Assembly: GCA_017513085.1 (NCBI GenBank)
Contig: JAFWDK010000019.1
Coordinates: 1 to 64,000, forward strand
Direction: 5' to 3'
DNA length: 64,000 nucleotides
Source: Clostridiales bacterium
Lineage (GTDB): Bacteria > Bacillota > Clostridia > Saccharofermentanales > Saccharofermentanaceae
In this document: positions 28,553 to 38,282 of the stretch, piece after piece
Position numbering within the stretch: the stretch's first letter is position 1
Layout of the letters: every line of letters starts with the position of its first letter
Translations under genes and position numbers: made by a program
Notes under the pieces: model-generated
Databases searched by the model: none
The model's input: the letters and a program-made list of their open reading frames with translations, nothing else
What the model was told of the DNA's origin: nothing

Positions 28553-31501
28553 TTATTGCAGCTTCAAGTATACCACTGTTCCGTACAGCACCCGTTTCGG
28601 CGCAGGCGCCGTTGTTTCACTTGAATCGCTCCCGCTTTCACCGTTACCGGAATCCGATGTATCTTCGCCATCTTCACCGGTAGCATTGGTTTCAGAAGAT
28701 GACTCCGGATCATCCTGCGAGGATTCGGTTTCGTTGGTCTCCGCAGTAGAACCCTCCTCTGAGGATCCTCCTTCTACAGTCTCTTCCGTCTCATTGGTTT
28801 CCGAAGATCCTTCCTCGCCTTCTCCATCCGGATTCGGTGTCGGAGTCGGTGTGATACGGTCATTGCCGATCGTTGTCAGCGGAGTCTGCGAAACCACAGT
28901 GCCCTTTATATTGCCTTCCACCATGATATTCAAGCCGTACTGTTTGGCCATTCTCTGTGCTTCCACGATATTCATGCCTTCAAAGTCCGGAATCACTGTA
29001 GTGGTCATTTCGGCTTCGGATACTTCACCCGGATACAGGATGATCTGGGCATTTCTGCAAAGGGTTCCGCTCTTCGTATCACCATAGTACATGGTACCCA
29101 CGATGGTATCTGCGGTCATAGTGCCAAAACCATCCACCGCGTCAAATCCTTTCTCCATCAACTCGCTTCTTGCTTCAGAGAATGTCTTTCCGACAACATC
29201 CGGGATCGTGTATTCAATCAGCATATCCTTATATTCCGAATCAGAGAGTCTTCTCTGAATGCCCATGTATTCAAGAGTTCCTTCAACGATACGGGCGGCT
29301 ACTTTTGCCGGAGCAGAAGAACCGAGATCTTTATCTTCCGGCTTGTTGATGATCAGAAGCACGGCGATCTTCGGATTATATGCCGGCGCATGACAAACAA
29401 ATGAGATAACGTGCATGTCTTTGTCTTCGCCGACTTCAATAGTAGAAGTACTCGTTTTTCCTGCAACATAGTAACCGGGAATATAACCCTGTGCACCTGT
29501 ACCTGAGCTAACTACTGACTCCAGCAAAGAACGGACACGTTTGGTCGTATCTTCTGAAAATACAGTACGGATCTTCTCTGTCGTATATTCGCGAACGATA
29601 TTTCCATCCCGGTCGATCAGTCTCGCCGCAATATGCGGACGAAGCAGGGACCCGCCGTTAACCAGCGCCGAGTATGCAGTGATCAGCTGCAACGGGGTAA
29701 CTGTGGAAGACTCACCGAAAGAAAGAGACGCCAGGTCGACTTCTGTCGGATGGGCGTGGAAGATACCCTTTCCTTCCGCAGGAAGATCCACACCGGTCAC
29801 ATCGTAAAAACCGAGGTTTCGGATATAGTCATAATACTTATCGATTTCAGGCTTGATACGCTGAGCCAGCTGAACGAAGATCGGGTTGCAGGAGCGCTCG
29901 AAAGCTTGTCGGAGCGTCTCATCACCATGGTTTCCTTCTTCTGTCTTTTCACGCCAGCAGGAAATCGTATCGACCGAGGAGATCTTGATCGGAGCATCGC
30001 TAAAGACCTCATCTTCGTATGTCACGCCCTCCTCCAGAGCCATCGCCGTCGTCAGTGCTTTCATCGTCGAACCCGGCTCGTAAGTATCGGAAATACAGCG
30101 GTTTCTCCATGCATTTCTCATGAGATATTCCACTCTGTCTTCTGAAGCCATGGAATTCCATTTTTCCTCGCTGATTCCGTAAGGCTTGCTTCTGGCCGTG
30201 TTCAGGTTAAAGTCCGGCATGGAGACCATGGCCTTGATCTCTCCGGTAAAAGGATCCATGACGATACAGGTAACGCCTTCCTTCGGTTTATACTCGTCAT
30301 AAGCATCACGGCAGGCCTCTTCCGCTATACGCTGGATGTTCATATCCATGGTCAGCTGGACATTATATCCGTCAACCGCCTCGATCGTCGTCGGCGCCGA
30401 ATACGGAAGCACGCTTCGGTTATAGTTGTCCACTTCCGCATAGGTATATCCCTTGGTACCGGTCAGATCCGAGTTAAAATATGCCTCTATGCCGATCTGT
30501 CCGATCAGGGAATTATCGCTCTGGTCCGCAAATCCGATGATCTGGGCAGCCAGATTATCATAAGTATAATAACGCTTTGGCACAGTATCGATCTTGACAC
30601 CGCCGATTCCTTTTTCACTGATATAAGCCGAGAGCGCTTTCATCTGCTCCAGATTCACATTCTTAATGATCTGGATATAAGGCGCCTCGGTATCCTTCAG
30701 CCACTCGATCATTTTGTCGTAATCGGCCCCGACGTATTCGGCAAAAGCAGCCGCGATCTCTTCGTTCGTCTGACCGTTCTTTTTATCCTGGGATTTCAAG
30801 ACATCCGAGGGCGTCATGCCGATCGTATACTCATAAGTAGTACTGGCAAGGATATTTCCGTTACTGTCGAGAATATCACCTCTGGTCGGCACATCTTCGA
30901 TACGTTTCCAGTGCATATCAGAAGCCTGCTTGGAAAAAACTTCGTAGTCCTTGACCTGGATCTCGTACTGCTTATAGATAAGATAGCCCATGAAGCCGCT
31001 CAAAAGCAGGCAGACGGAAGCAAGTACAATTCTTCCGCCGATACGGAAACCGCGCTGTTCTTCGTACTGGACGTTTTTCTTTTCGTCCTTGGCCGCTTCT
31101 TTCTCGGAAGCCGCACTTTCCAAAGACGGATCGTTTTTGCTCTTGGATTCCTTTTCAGAAAGCTTCGCATCTCGCTTTTGCTCCTGTGCAGCAAGTCTCT
31201 TCTCTTCTCGTCTTGCTTTCTTGGCTAAAGCTTTCTTCTCTTTTTCAGAAATGTCCTTTTCCGGCGTCTTTCTCTCTTTTTCCGGTTGTTCTTTCAGAAA
31301 GGAATTCTTTCTGTCCGGTCTTTTCTGATTGTTGAAAGAGGAACTTTTCTCAGGATTCGTCGGTTTAACAAGAGACGCTCTCTTTCGAGACGCCTCCTTA
31401 CGGAACGCCATATTCGGATCAGAAGTGTTCCTTCTCGGTATTTTCTTTCTAGGATCCCTGGGATCAGGGCTTCCCGATCTTGGCCTTTTATTCTGCGCCA
31501 T
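28553..31501 (-). CDS. Class B penicillin-binding protein (FtsI/SpoVD-type) with PASTA domains
   Basis: RGDILD, YEPGSTMK (SxxK), SCN (SxN) and KTS; two PASTA-like repeats; long basic N-tail and acidic C-insert. Confidence 0.93.
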   Translation of the reverse strand: MAQNKRPRSGSPDPRDPRKKIPRRNTSDPNMAFRKEASRKRASLVKPTNPEKSSSFNNQKRPDRKNSFLKEQPEKERKTPEKDISEKEKKALAKKARREEKRLAAQEQKRDAKLSEKESKSKNDPSLESAASEKEAAKDEKKNVQYEEQRGFRIGGRIVLASVCLLLSGFMGYLIYKQYEIQVKDYEVFSKQASDMHWKRIEDVPTRGDILDSNGNILASTTYEYTIGMTPSDVLKSQDKKNGQTNEEIAAAFAEYVGADYDKMIEWLKDTEAPYIQIIKNVNLEQMKALSAYISEKGIGGVKIDTVPKRYYTYDNLAAQIIGFADQSDNSLIGQIGIEAYFNSDLTGTKGYTYAEVDNYNRSVLPYSAPTTIEAVDGYNVQLTMDMNIQRIAEEACRDAYDEYKPKEGVTCIVMDPFTGEIKAMVSMPDFNLNTARSKPYGISEEKWNSMASEDRVEYLMRNAWRNRCISDTYEPGSTMKALTTAMALEEGVTYEDEVFSDAPIKISSVDTISCWREKTEEGNHGDETLRQAFERSCNPIFVQLAQRIKPEIDKYYDYIRNLGFYDVTGVDLPAEGKGIFHAHPTEVDLASLSFGESSTVTPLQLITAYSALVNGGSLLRPHIAARLIDRDGNIVREYTTEKIRTVFSEDTTKRVRSLLESVVSSGTGAQGYIPGYYVAGKTSTSTIEVGEDKDMHVISFVCHAPAYNPKIAVLLIINKPEDKDLGSSAPAKVAARIVEGTLEYMGIQRRLSDSEYKDMLIEYTIPDVVGKTFSEARSELMEKGFDAVDGFGTMTADTIVGTMYYGDTKSGTLCRNAQIILYPGEVSEAEMTTTVIPDFEGMNIVEAQRMAKQYGLNIMVEGNIKGTVVSQTPLTTIGNDRITPTPTPNPDGEGEEGSSETNETEETVEGGSSEEGSTAETNETESSQDDPESSSETNATGEDGEDTSDSGNGESGSDSSETTAPAPKRVLYGTVVYLKLQ

Positions 31502-31533
31502 GCTGTCAAAGCACTCCTATACGTAAAGTATGC

Positions 31534-32181
31534 TTATGCATCTTTCTCTGCGAAATAGTTAGCCAGATCCTTAGTTGCTTCTTCCAGCATCTCATCGGTC
31601 ACACCGTGAGAGTTATAAGAAAGGCTGGTCGCCATGCGATCACGGTTCGGCACGGATACATTCACGACCTGCTTAAAGCTCGGAATGACCATACCCAGAC
31701 GAAGGCCGGCCTGAACGCGGATATATTCCAGGTCCGCGCTATCAGCAAGGCTTTCTTTCAGCTGGCTTGTCTCCTGGTGCATCTTGTTGATCTGACGCTC
31801 CAGTTTGTTATTTGCAAAGTTCATGGATGCAATCTGCGACTCATTATACACCAACGCTCCCAAAACGGCAGTAACTGTCAAAATAGCGATTGCGATAAAG
31901 ATAAAATCGCGAAGACGCTTAGCTGATTCCATGAAGTTTTTCTGACGATAGTAGTGGTAAACCTCATCTACCTTCTTCTTATTTTCCTTCTGGATCTTTT
32001 TTCTTCTCTCTTCATCAACTTTACCCGGACGAAAGGATACGCCGTCAAGCTGGCTCATGTAACGTTCCAAAGCCATATCATCAAAAGCGTTTCTGTTCAA
32101 ACCGATAGAATACTCGGTTCCGGTACGCTCCAATTCAGATTCGATCTTATTTGCTTTTCTTGTTCTTACTGCCAACGCCAT
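31534..32181 (-). CDS. FtsL-like septum formation protein
   Basis: One TM helix followed by a coiled coil and A...LGMV; lies between rsmH and the PBP. Confidence 0.75.
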   Translation of the reverse strand: MALAVRTRKANKIESELERTGTEYSIGLNRNAFDDMALERYMSQLDGVSFRPGKVDEERRKKIQKENKKKVDEVYHYYRQKNFMESAKRLRDFIFIAIAILTVTAVLGALVYNESQIASMNFANNKLERQINKMHQETSQLKESLADSADLEYIRVQAGLRLGMVIPSFKQVVNVSVPNRDRMATSLSYNSHGVTDEMLEEATKDLANYFAEKDA

Positions 32182-33143
32182 TCTTCTTCATTCCTTTCAA
32201 ACACTCGTAATTTTGCGCAACCTGAGCGTTTATTCTCCAGGGCCTCTTTCTTCGAAGCCACGATCGGTTTTGTATTGACCGCTCTCCCCATCGGGATCTT
32301 GCCGCATACACAGACCGGGAATTCTCTCGGGCATGTGCACGGACTCTCCAGTTTTCGGAAAGCCTCTTTCACCAGCCGGTCTTCCAGCGAGTGAAAAGAG
32401 ATCACGGCGAACCTTCCGTTCGGCTTCAATAATGACGGAACCACCTCCAAGAGTTTCGAAACCGAAGAAAGCTCATTGTTCACTTCGATCCGAATGGCCT
32501 GGAAGCATCTCCTTGCGGGATGCTGATCCTCTTTTCGGGCTTTGAGCGGCATCGCTTTTCTGATGATCTCAGCAAGTGCCGTCGTAGATCGGATCGGCTC
32601 ATTCTTTCTTGCTTCCACAATGGCCGAAGCGATCCTTCCTGCAAATCTCTCTTCACCATATTCACGGAAGATCCTGGCCAAATCCGTTTCCTTGTACTCA
32701 TTGACCACGGTCTCCGCCGACAGCGCCTGATCCGCATTCATTCTCATATCAAGAGGTCCCTCCTGCATATAAGAAAAACCACGGTCCGGTGTGTCGATCT
32801 GATGGGAAGATACCCCAAGATCTGCAAGAACTCCGTCTATCTTTTCAATGTTCAACTCATTAAGTACATCCCCGATCCTTGAAAAATCAGATCGTACCAG
32901 TGTCCATGTATCCTCCGCGCCCATCGCCTCTCGCTTTGCTTCGCAAGCTGCCAGGGCTTCCTCGTCCTTGTCCAGGGAGATCAGTTTTCCTTTTGCTCCC
33001 AGTCTTTCGACGATTCCCGAGCTATGTCCACCACCACCCGCGGTGCAGTCAACATAGATTCCATCCTCTTTGATGGCAAGTCCGTCCATACACTCCTGGA
33101 AAAGCACCGGCAAATGATGAAAATTACAATCCTGTGATCTCAT
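32166..33143 (-). CDS. rsmH: 16S rRNA m4C1402 methyltransferase
   Basis: HLPVL, DCTAGGGGHS, DLGVSSHQID..RGFSY, LDMRM and SFHSLEDR; exact start uncertain. Confidence 0.96.
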   Translation of the reverse strand: MRSQDCNFHHLPVLFQECMDGLAIKEDGIYVDCTAGGGGHSSGIVERLGAKGKLISLDKDEEALAACEAKREAMGAEDTWTLVRSDFSRIGDVLNELNIEKIDGVLADLGVSSHQIDTPDRGFSYMQEGPLDMRMNADQALSAETVVNEYKETDLARIFREYGEERFAGRIASAIVEARKNEPIRSTTALAEIIRKAMPLKARKEDQHPARRCFQAIRIEVNNELSSVSKLLEVVPSLLKPNGRFAVISFHSLEDRLVKEAFRKLESPCTCPREFPVCVCGKIPMGRAVNTKPIVASKKEALENKRSGCAKLRVFERNEEEWRWQ

Positions 33144-33558
33144 AGCCGTCCAAATCAATGCTCTCCTGCTCGATTGCTTCGTTCATCTCGTCATAGTACT
33201 TCTTCGTGCAGATCTCCAGTGCATCTTTTCCCATCTGGTAGATGCAGATCTCATCCGAAGGTACCGCTCCGATACGTCCCCAAAGCTCCGAGCTCACGGA
33301 AATACGTCCCTGCCCGTCCAATTCGCACTCGAGAGCCTCACCGATGAGCTGTCTTCTTGCATGACGGATCTTCGGATTGGTCATCGGGATCTTCGCGAAC
33401 TGTTCCACTATATCCTCGAAACGTGGCTTGCTGTAAACACTGAGATAGCCTTTGTCCTGGTTCAATGTAACAAACATGGGCGAGCCGATCTGATCCCGGA
33501 TCTTTGCCGGAATGAAGATTCTTCCTTTTGCGTCCATCTTGTTAATGAAGCGGGCCAT
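33124..33558 (-). CDS. mraZ: Transcriptional regulator MraZ
   Basis: Duplicated DxKGR/DxQGR motifs (DAKGRIFIP, LDGQGRISV); first gene of the dcw cluster. Confidence 0.92.
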   Translation of the reverse strand: MARFINKMDAKGRIFIPAKIRDQIGSPMFVTLNQDKGYLSVYSKPRFEDIVEQFAKIPMTNPKIRHARRQLIGEALECELDGQGRISVSSELWGRIGAVPSDEICIYQMGKDALEICTKKYYDEMNEAIEQESIDLDGYEITGL

Positions 33559-33593
33559 TCTGTCTCCTTGTTCTTGGTTTTAGTGGAATTCTC

Positions 33594-33643
33594 ACCACGA
33601 TTCTCCACCGTTTGTGAACTTTCCACCACTTTTCACCACTTTC
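33594..33643 (-). promoter_or_regulatory. MraZ-binding GTGG repeats
   Basis: Minus strand reads AAAGTGGTGAAAAGTGGTGGAAAGTTCACAAACGGTGGAGAATCGTGGT, with GTGG boxes at about 10-bp spacing upstream of mraZ. Confidence 0.8.
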
Positions 33644-33938
33644 TGAAGATATTTTAGTAAAGTTGCGTTTACATTTCAATAGTGTTTCGTAGAGAAATGC
33701 CGAAAAATACGCCTTTTTCGACAAAAAGGCGAACAAACGCTCGTTTTGTTCTTTTTGTGGGGGATCTTCCCATAAAAGCACGGCCAAATCATGTTTTAGA
33801 CAAAAAAAGCAGGCGAGCTTGTTACAAAGATTCCTTCGCAAGTCGCCTGGATTGAAGCACGGGATGCCGGATCGGACCAAAAGCCCGGATCGTCCTATCG
33901 ATTACGGGTGAAATTGAAGAAATAGCGAATTCACCCGT

Positions 33939-33968
33939 AAAAAAATACAGTTAGCACAAACTAACTGT
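33939..33968 (-). terminator. Intrinsic terminator after rodA
   Basis: Minus strand ACAGTTAG-tttgtg-CTAACTGT followed by ATTTTTTT. Confidence 0.6.
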
Positions 33969-34007
33969 TTCAACAACATACAAACAGAAGGCTCCGGAAA
34001 CCACCTA

Positions 34008-35138
34008 TCAAAGTGAAGAAGATTTCCGGTCCATAGAAACATTTAATATAAATCCCAACGAAATAAAGTTAACCATCATGGCTGTACCGCCATGGCTGAC
34101 AAAAGGAAGCGGGATACCGGTGATCGGAAGAAGCCCGACACACATGCCCATATTCTCGATAAAGTGGAAAGCATAGGAAGCCGTAAGACCGACAACGATA
34201 TATGAATAAGCTTTCCGGGCTGCACGCGAAGCAACATAAAGGCAACGCAAAAGGAAGAAAAAGGCCAGGACAACAATAGCCGTTGTGCCGATAAATCCCA
34301 TACGTTCTGACACAGCAGAATAGATAAAGTCTGACTGTTTTACCGGAACATTGACCAGAATGCCGGTGTGGTTACCCGTCAGTCCACCGGAAGCAATCGC
34401 CGCCTTGGACTGGATAAGGTTGTACTCGGAAACCGGATCAGAGCCCTCGAAGATCAAGGACAGGATCCTCTTCTTCTGATATGGCGCAAGGTAAAAATTC
34501 CAGACGATCGGCAGCACGCCAACGACCACACCCGAGATAGCCAGAAAGAAGTATCGGTATTTCAGGTTCCATATAAAAAGCATGCACACGAAAGAAAAAA
34601 CGATAACCATCGCCGTACCGAAGTCAGGCTGCTTAAAGATCAGCAGCATCGGCGGAGCATAGACAAGGGCCAGATAGACCCATCCCCGAACCATGGAGAT
34701 CACCTTCTGCCCCATATCCTCCAATATGTATGACGATACGATGACCAGTCCGATCTTTGTTAACTCCGAAGGCTGGAATGTACCAAGGAAAGGCAACTGC
34801 ATCCAGGAGTCCGCGCCCCACTGGTCTGCCAGAGTAAAACCATCGATCCTTACCCAAATAAGAAGCAGGATGGAAACCGCATATAAGATCCAACCGATCA
34901 TTTTCATGAACTGTGTATCAAGAAGGCAAATGACCATAGCGATCACGACACCCATGACAACGGCGATCACCTGCTTATAGAAGATCATGGGATAATCTTT
35001 AAACCCCTTCGAAAGCACCAGATTCAAGACATAAAGACCGATCGTGGTTATGGACAGGATCGGGATGACCAGCCAATAATCAACGGTACGCAGAGAATTA
35101 TTGCGTAAAAATTCGATTCCGGATTTTCCTTTATCCAT
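34008..35138 (-). CDS. rodA: SEDS protein RodA
   Basis: FQPSELTK, QPDFGTA, QSKAAIASGG and GIPLPFVSHGG; GAGGAG RBS. Confidence 0.85.
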   Translation of the reverse strand: MDKGKSGIEFLRNNSLRTVDYWLVIPILSITTIGLYVLNLVLSKGFKDYPMIFYKQVIAVVMGVVIAMVICLLDTQFMKMIGWILYAVSILLLIWVRIDGFTLADQWGADSWMQLPFLGTFQPSELTKIGLVIVSSYILEDMGQKVISMVRGWVYLALVYAPPMLLIFKQPDFGTAMVIVFSFVCMLFIWNLKYRYFFLAISGVVVGVLPIVWNFYLAPYQKKRILSLIFEGSDPVSEYNLIQSKAAIASGGLTGNHTGILVNVPVKQSDFIYSAVSERMGFIGTTAIVVLAFFFLLRCLYVASRAARKAYSYIVVGLTASYAFHFIENMGMCVGLLPITGIPLPFVSHGGTAMMVNFISLGFILNVSMDRKSSSL

Positions 35139-36288
35139 CGATCTCCTCTTCGTCCTCGTCATCATCGGATACGTCGCTCACGTCTTCCTCATCATCAGAC
35201 GCATCCTCAAGAAGATCCTCTTTCTCTTCGTCGTCAGAAGATTCCTCTTCGTCAGACTCTTCTTCCTCATCCTCCAGACTGAAAGAAGACTTAGCCAGTC
35301 TCTCTACGCGATCTTCCACATCCTCATCCTCTTCGTATTCACGAAGTCTCTCTTCCTTCTTACGACGGGCTTCCTCCTGCATTCTCTGATCAGCTTTGAT
35401 GAATCTTTCAGGAATAGGCTTCTTCTTCCAATCCAAAGAACGGGCCATCAGGAGCAAGAAGATACCGACCACGATCAAGCCCAGAGAAAGGACCTGGGAA
35501 ATACGAAGATTAGTATTACCGATGTATAGCGAATCGGTACGCAGACCTTCGATAAAGAAACGTGCGATACCATAAAGGATAAAATATACGGATGTCGTCG
35601 TCCACGGTCTCTTGCTGTTCTTACGCACGGCAAGAAGGACGAAGAAAGTGATCAATGTGCATACAGACTCATAGAAGAATGTAGGATGAACCGGCATTTC
35701 CGAATCCAGTTCCGGGCAGTTCTGGGCAAGATATCTTGCTATTTCCGTACTCTTCATGCCCCAGGGAAGGTTTGTCGTCGTACCGAAAGCTTCCTGGTTA
35801 AAGAAGTTGCCCCAGCGGCCGATCGCCTGTCCCAGCGGAATGTATACCATAGCAAAATCAACCATCGTGGACATCGGCACTTTACGGATCTTACTCATCA
35901 GGAAGATCGCAAAGATCGCTCCGAGAACACCGCCATAAATCGCCAGTCCGCCTCCACGGAAGTTGATGATGTTTCCTAACGTTGCGCCTATATCACCTTT
36001 GACATAGTACTCGCCCCACTCGCAGAAAACATAGTACAGACGCGCGCCGATAAAAGCCATCGGAATCGTAAAAAGACAATAGTCAGTCAGAAGATCCGGG
36101 GTGATCCCGAACTTTCTGCACTGCTTCAATCCAAGGAAAATACAAAGTGCCACCGCGGCTCCGATCAGTACGCCGTACCAATAAAGCTTCAGTCCTCCGA
36201 TCGTAATGGCAACATTATCTATATTGAATTTCCATCCCAATCCCGGGAAGGAAACGATTTCTTTTTCCAAAGCAAGCAAAATATTCAT
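35131..36288 (-). CDS. lgt: Prolipoprotein diacylglyceryl transferase with acidic C-tail
   Basis: YWYG, GARLYYV, GGLAIYGG, GQAIGRWGNFFNQEAFG, HPTFFYES and RFFIEGLRTD. Confidence 0.96.
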   Translation of the reverse strand: MNILLALEKEIVSFPGLGWKFNIDNVAITIGGLKLYWYGVLIGAAVALCIFLGLKQCRKFGITPDLLTDYCLFTIPMAFIGARLYYVFCEWGEYYVKGDIGATLGNIINFRGGGLAIYGGVLGAIFAIFLMSKIRKVPMSTMVDFAMVYIPLGQAIGRWGNFFNQEAFGTTTNLPWGMKSTEIARYLAQNCPELDSEMPVHPTFFYESVCTLITFFVLLAVRKNSKRPWTTTSVYFILYGIARFFIEGLRTDSLYIGNTNLRISQVLSLGLIVVGIFLLLMARSLDWKKKPIPERFIKADQRMQEEARRKKEERLREYEEDEDVEDRVERLAKSSFSLEDEEEESDEEESSDDEEKEDLLEDASDDEEDVSDVSDDDEDEEEIDG

Positions 36289-36327
36289 TTTGAACCTCTT
36301 CTCTCTTTTTATCCACGCAATATAATA

Positions 36328-37314
36328 TCACATATACCCTTCAAACCGAACTGTTTTTTGCCGATCCATATGATACTGCCACACTTCTTTCTGATCCAGA
36401 AGCATCTGTTTCTTCAATTCTTCGACTGAACCGAACTGTCTTTCCGGGCGGATATATTTAAGAAGGAATACCGTCCCTCTGGTGCCGTAAAGCTGAAAAT
36501 GCTCACGAAAGATCATGGTCTCTGTAAGTGGAGAGTCGTCATCCTTATTAACCGTCGGGCGCATGCCAACATTTGTCAATCCGTGATACAGTTTTCCGTT
36601 ATAAAGATACGCAGAAGCGTACACACCGAACTTCGGGACGATTTTTTGTTTTTCGATTCGGATGTTTGCAGTCGGGAATCCCAGTTTTCTCCCGAGCTGC
36701 TGGCCCTTCTCCACTACGCCGGCATAGGCCAGCGGATGGTCCAGAAGCGTCTCGACTTTTTCCACGTTGCCCTCGGAAATCAGTTCACGGATCCAGGTGG
36801 AAGAGATCCTTCTCCCCTCGCAAAGCTCTGCTTTCACCGCGACGACTTCGATCCCGTTTTTCTTTCCCCAATCCCGAAGCAGGAAAAGATCTCCCGTACG
36901 TCCTTTGCCGAAATGGTAATCTTCGCCTACGACCACGACTCGTGCATGCATCCAGTTCTTGACACATACTTCAAGAAAATCGGTAGCGCTCATAGTTTTA
37001 ACTTTTTCATTGAAAGGAAGCGCGAACAGATCGTCCACACCCCAGGCGGATACGATTCCGCACCGCTCCGAATAGGTCGTGATCAGGCTGTTTTGAGACT
37101 TCGACGCAGGCGGATTCGCAAAAGTCTGCACCGCGGTACGAAGGCCCATTTCCTGCGCCTTATCACACATAGTACTGAAGATCTTCTGATGACCAAGATG
37201 CACGCCGTCAAAATACCCGAGAGCCACAGCACGCTCAGCCGTCACCGAGGTCGCGCTCGAAGGCGTAGAGATCAATTGACCGTCTTTATTGATCACACAA
37301 TTCCATACATTCAT
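36328..37314 (-). CDS. ribF: Bifunctional riboflavin kinase/FAD synthetase
   Basis: GYFDGVHLGHQ, ISSTWIR, GRKLGFPTAN and NVGMRPTV. Confidence 0.96.
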   Translation of the reverse strand: MNVWNCVINKDGQLISTPSSATSVTAERAVALGYFDGVHLGHQKIFSTMCDKAQEMGLRTAVQTFANPPASKSQNSLITTYSERCGIVSAWGVDDLFALPFNEKVKTMSATDFLEVCVKNWMHARVVVVGEDYHFGKGRTGDLFLLRDWGKKNGIEVVAVKAELCEGRRISSTWIRELISEGNVEKVETLLDHPLAYAGVVEKGQQLGRKLGFPTANIRIEKQKIVPKFGVYASAYLYNGKLYHGLTNVGMRPTVNKDDDSPLTETMIFREHFQLYGTRGTVFLLKYIRPERQFGSVEELKKQMLLDQKEVWQYHMDRQKTVRFEGYM

Positions 37315-38282
37315 CTTACGTCTTCCAGAACCCTTTCTTCGCGGATCACGAACTGACCATCCTCATTTTCCACATAGACGACCGCAACGGACCGTCCCTC
37401 ACAGCATGCCAGCACACGTGTACCGGAAAGAATACCGTCTATGTTTTCCATTCTATCCTTAAAGAGAGAGAAATCAAGTTTTTTACCATTGCCCATATCC
37501 GATGCTTCTTTACGGTTCACCGAAAGTTTCGGGAACGATGAAAAAACGCTATTTTCAGGCAAAAAGAAAGACTCGTCGTTATCTTCCGCCATCTTCTCGA
37601 GCTGTTCCGGCGTGTAAGCATCAGCAAGACTATACTGCCCGCTCGACAGTCTACGCAGTTCTTCGCAAAAAGCACCGAAGCCCAGCTTTTCTCCGATATC
37701 TTCACATAGCGAACGGATATAGGTACCCTTCGAGCAGGCTACCGTCATATCCACGCGGATCACACCTTGCTCCTCCCATATACGATGAACTTTGATAGAA
37801 TAGATCGTTACCAGGCGGCTCTTCATCTCCACCTGTTCACCTTTTCTAGCATAATCGTAAGCCGGACGGCCATTGATCTTGATAGCAGAATACACGGAAG
37901 GGACCTGGCTGATTTCACCGACCATGGAAGAAACAGCCTCACGGATCTTCGCGCCATTATCGCGCAGAAGTTCCTCTCTCTCCTCTAAGGAGGGTTTTCT
38001 TCCGCCGATCACTTCACCATCCACATCACCGGTCGACGTTTTCGCGCCCAGCACCATCGTCGCCCGGTACGTCTTGTCATGGTTTTCCATATACCGCAAG
38101 ACGCGGGTCGCCCTACCCACCGCAATGGTCAAAAGACCAGTCGCAAAGGGATCAAGAGTACCCGCATGTCCGACTTTTTTTACATGAAGCATTTTCCGGA
38201 TCCGGGCAACCACTGAAAAAGAAGTCATCCCTGCCGGTTTATCGACTAAAACGATACCACTTGGAAGAACCTGTTCACTCAT
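37311..38282 (-). CDS. truB: tRNA pseudouridine(55) synthase
   Basis: KVGHAGTLDPFATG, YSAIKINGRPAYDYAR and CSKGTYIRSL. Confidence 0.97.
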   Translation of the reverse strand: MSEQVLPSGIVLVDKPAGMTSFSVVARIRKMLHVKKVGHAGTLDPFATGLLTIAVGRATRVLRYMENHDKTYRATMVLGAKTSTGDVDGEVIGGRKPSLEEREELLRDNGAKIREAVSSMVGEISQVPSVYSAIKINGRPAYDYARKGEQVEMKSRLVTIYSIKVHRIWEEQGVIRVDMTVACSKGTYIRSLCEDIGEKLGFGAFCEELRRLSSGQYSLADAYTPEQLEKMAEDNDESFFLPENSVFSSFPKLSVNRKEASDMGNGKKLDFSLFKDRMENIDGILSGTRVLACCEGRSVAVVYVENEDGQFVIREERVLEDVR

